A stretch of DNA of 64,000 nt from Raillietiella orientalis (lineage: Eukaryota): assembly GCA_036172245.1 (NCBI GenBank), contig JAYWIR010000011.1, forward strand, positions 3,844,001 through 3,908,000, in the 5' to 3' direction. Positions 62,601 to 64,000 of this stretch are shown here, in pieces; positions within the stretch are counted from its first letter, which is position 1; every line of letters starts with the position of its first letter. A program made the position numbers and the translations under genes. The notes below the pieces were generated by a model. That model ran no database searches and was not told the origin of the DNA. It worked only from the letters and a program-made list of their open reading frames with translations.

Positions 62601-63119
62601 CTTCCTTACGCGGACGTCCAGCTGCAGCGAAAAGAGCGTCCTCTGTGCTGCATTGCCTGCGTCGGCGGCCCCCTCAGCCTCTTGGAAACCGTGCTCTGTT
62701 CAAAGTTCGCCGTTTCCATAAAAAAATCCTTCATGTTTCCTCGCCGAGTGATAAGGAGAGGACCTCATCAGTTACCTCATCAGAGACCACGATCCCACCG
62801 GAAGCCTTGATTCTCCCTGTCGGAGGTCCAGTCGACCGCTTTCCCGCTCGCACTAACGCCAGGAACTTTCCGGAGTCGATGCAGGATCGATCGGCAGGAG
62901 AGGTAGCCATGGAAGCACAGGATTCGTGGCAGCGTGTTGCATTGGTTCTCCGCCTCGTGAGGTTGGTCTTGAGAAGTAACAGGAAATGAGGGAGAGCTTT
63001 GGACGAACGAGCTCCGTGCTTCGAGGGAATCCTGGAAAAATTCGATGATCAAACGTGGGAAGCGTCTCTCAGGGAACCCCGGATGTCTTCAGTAGCAGCT
63101 CTTGCGTTTTAAGCAGTTC

Positions 63120-63950
63120 TGGTGTCGAATCTGCATGCCTATTTGTTCCCCGCTCTCCGTTTGCAATTTGGACAAAGAGGCCCTTCTCTTCGCATGGTAG
63201 GAAAAAACACAACCACTGGCCAGGAAGAATCAGGAACTCTCCGCCATCTCCGCGATCGATCTGGAGCTTCTTCGTGAGCTCCTCCTGACGCGAATGTGGC
63301 TGCTAAAGGCAGTTTTAAGCTCGTGTTACCCCACCCCACCCCTTCCAATGGCCTATTTCTCTTTGGCCTTCCACTGGAGAATTCCGCGGGGGGAGAGCGT
63401 CTGGAAGGCAGCTTTGTTGGTCGCAGCCACCTCACGAGCTGCTGACTTGTCGACTTAGCTGTCGGAAGGAGCACGGCGCGGGGAGGAGACCCATCACGGA
63501 AAATCAGTCTCTCCTAATCTCTGACCAAGGAATACCAGCTTTGGCGCAGTCGACAGGGGGATCGCCAGAAAGCCAGGGACTTCAACAGCGACCAAGCGTT
63601 CAAACAACTCGGAAGGGAAGCAAAGGGTGGTGGCGTGCCTCAACATCCAACAAGGCTGAGAATCGCATCGGAAACCCCCCAAGATGGGCATGGAATCGGA
63701 TCGCGAATCCCTAAACGAATTCGTCGTTCCCCGAGTCCCAAGAAGTCAGAGTCCTGCTCTGGAGATTCTTTCTTATAAGCAGGCACTTCACTGGAGGTGA
63801 AGTGTGTGAAGAGACTGTCTTCGTCACGTGTTTCCCTCCCGCTGTCCTGCCGTCCCTTCCGGCGAATCCTCACTTCGCTGGAACAAGCGTTATGGAGCAC
63901 CAGATCTGGTGACAGCTTGAAATGCATCATGGGAATGGGCTGGTGAAATG
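63120..63950 (-). mobile_element. Putative LINE ORF1 remnant with CCHC zinc-knuckle trace
   Basis: RDPIP/PILGGFRC (~63670-63705) lies upstream of PLCPNCKRRAGNK*AC (~63130-63180). Confidence 0.35.
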
Positions 63951-64000
63951 TCGCAGCTTCCGACGTTTCCGGGCGACCAGTATAGAGTGACCATCGCTGA

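Noticed and set aside
62009..62989. 326-aa ORF (+)
   Set aside because: It appears antisense to LINE remnants; Arg/Ser-rich with no domain.

Overview
This is eukaryotic, most likely invertebrate-animal, repeat-dense DNA. I found no intact protein-coding gene; the long ORFs in the track are antisense or chimeric read-throughs of repeats. The window is a patchwork of short, abruptly joined fragments of six kinds: (i) a ~0.7-0.8 kb tRNA-headed SINE-like family (8 independent loci plus 1 duplicated) whose body carries a tandem array of ~40-bp hairpin units; (ii) many decayed non-LTR retrotransposon pieces, mostly L1/Tx1-like, which share a small 3'-UTR hairpin after AATAAA, plus one R2/NeSL-type remnant; (iii) a near-identical 2.9-kb direct duplication (26.9-29.8 kb / 56.3-59.2 kb); (iv) pseudogene fragments of a small heat-shock protein, HSP70 and 28S rRNA, and probable UPF1-like SF1 helicase remnants; (v) a 76-bp TA-flanked MITE; (vi) several inverted-repeat structures. 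All alignments and translations were done by eye, so boundaries of degenerate elements are approximate (tens of bp) and identity values are rough estimates. No CRISPR, prophage or other prokaryotic feature is supported.
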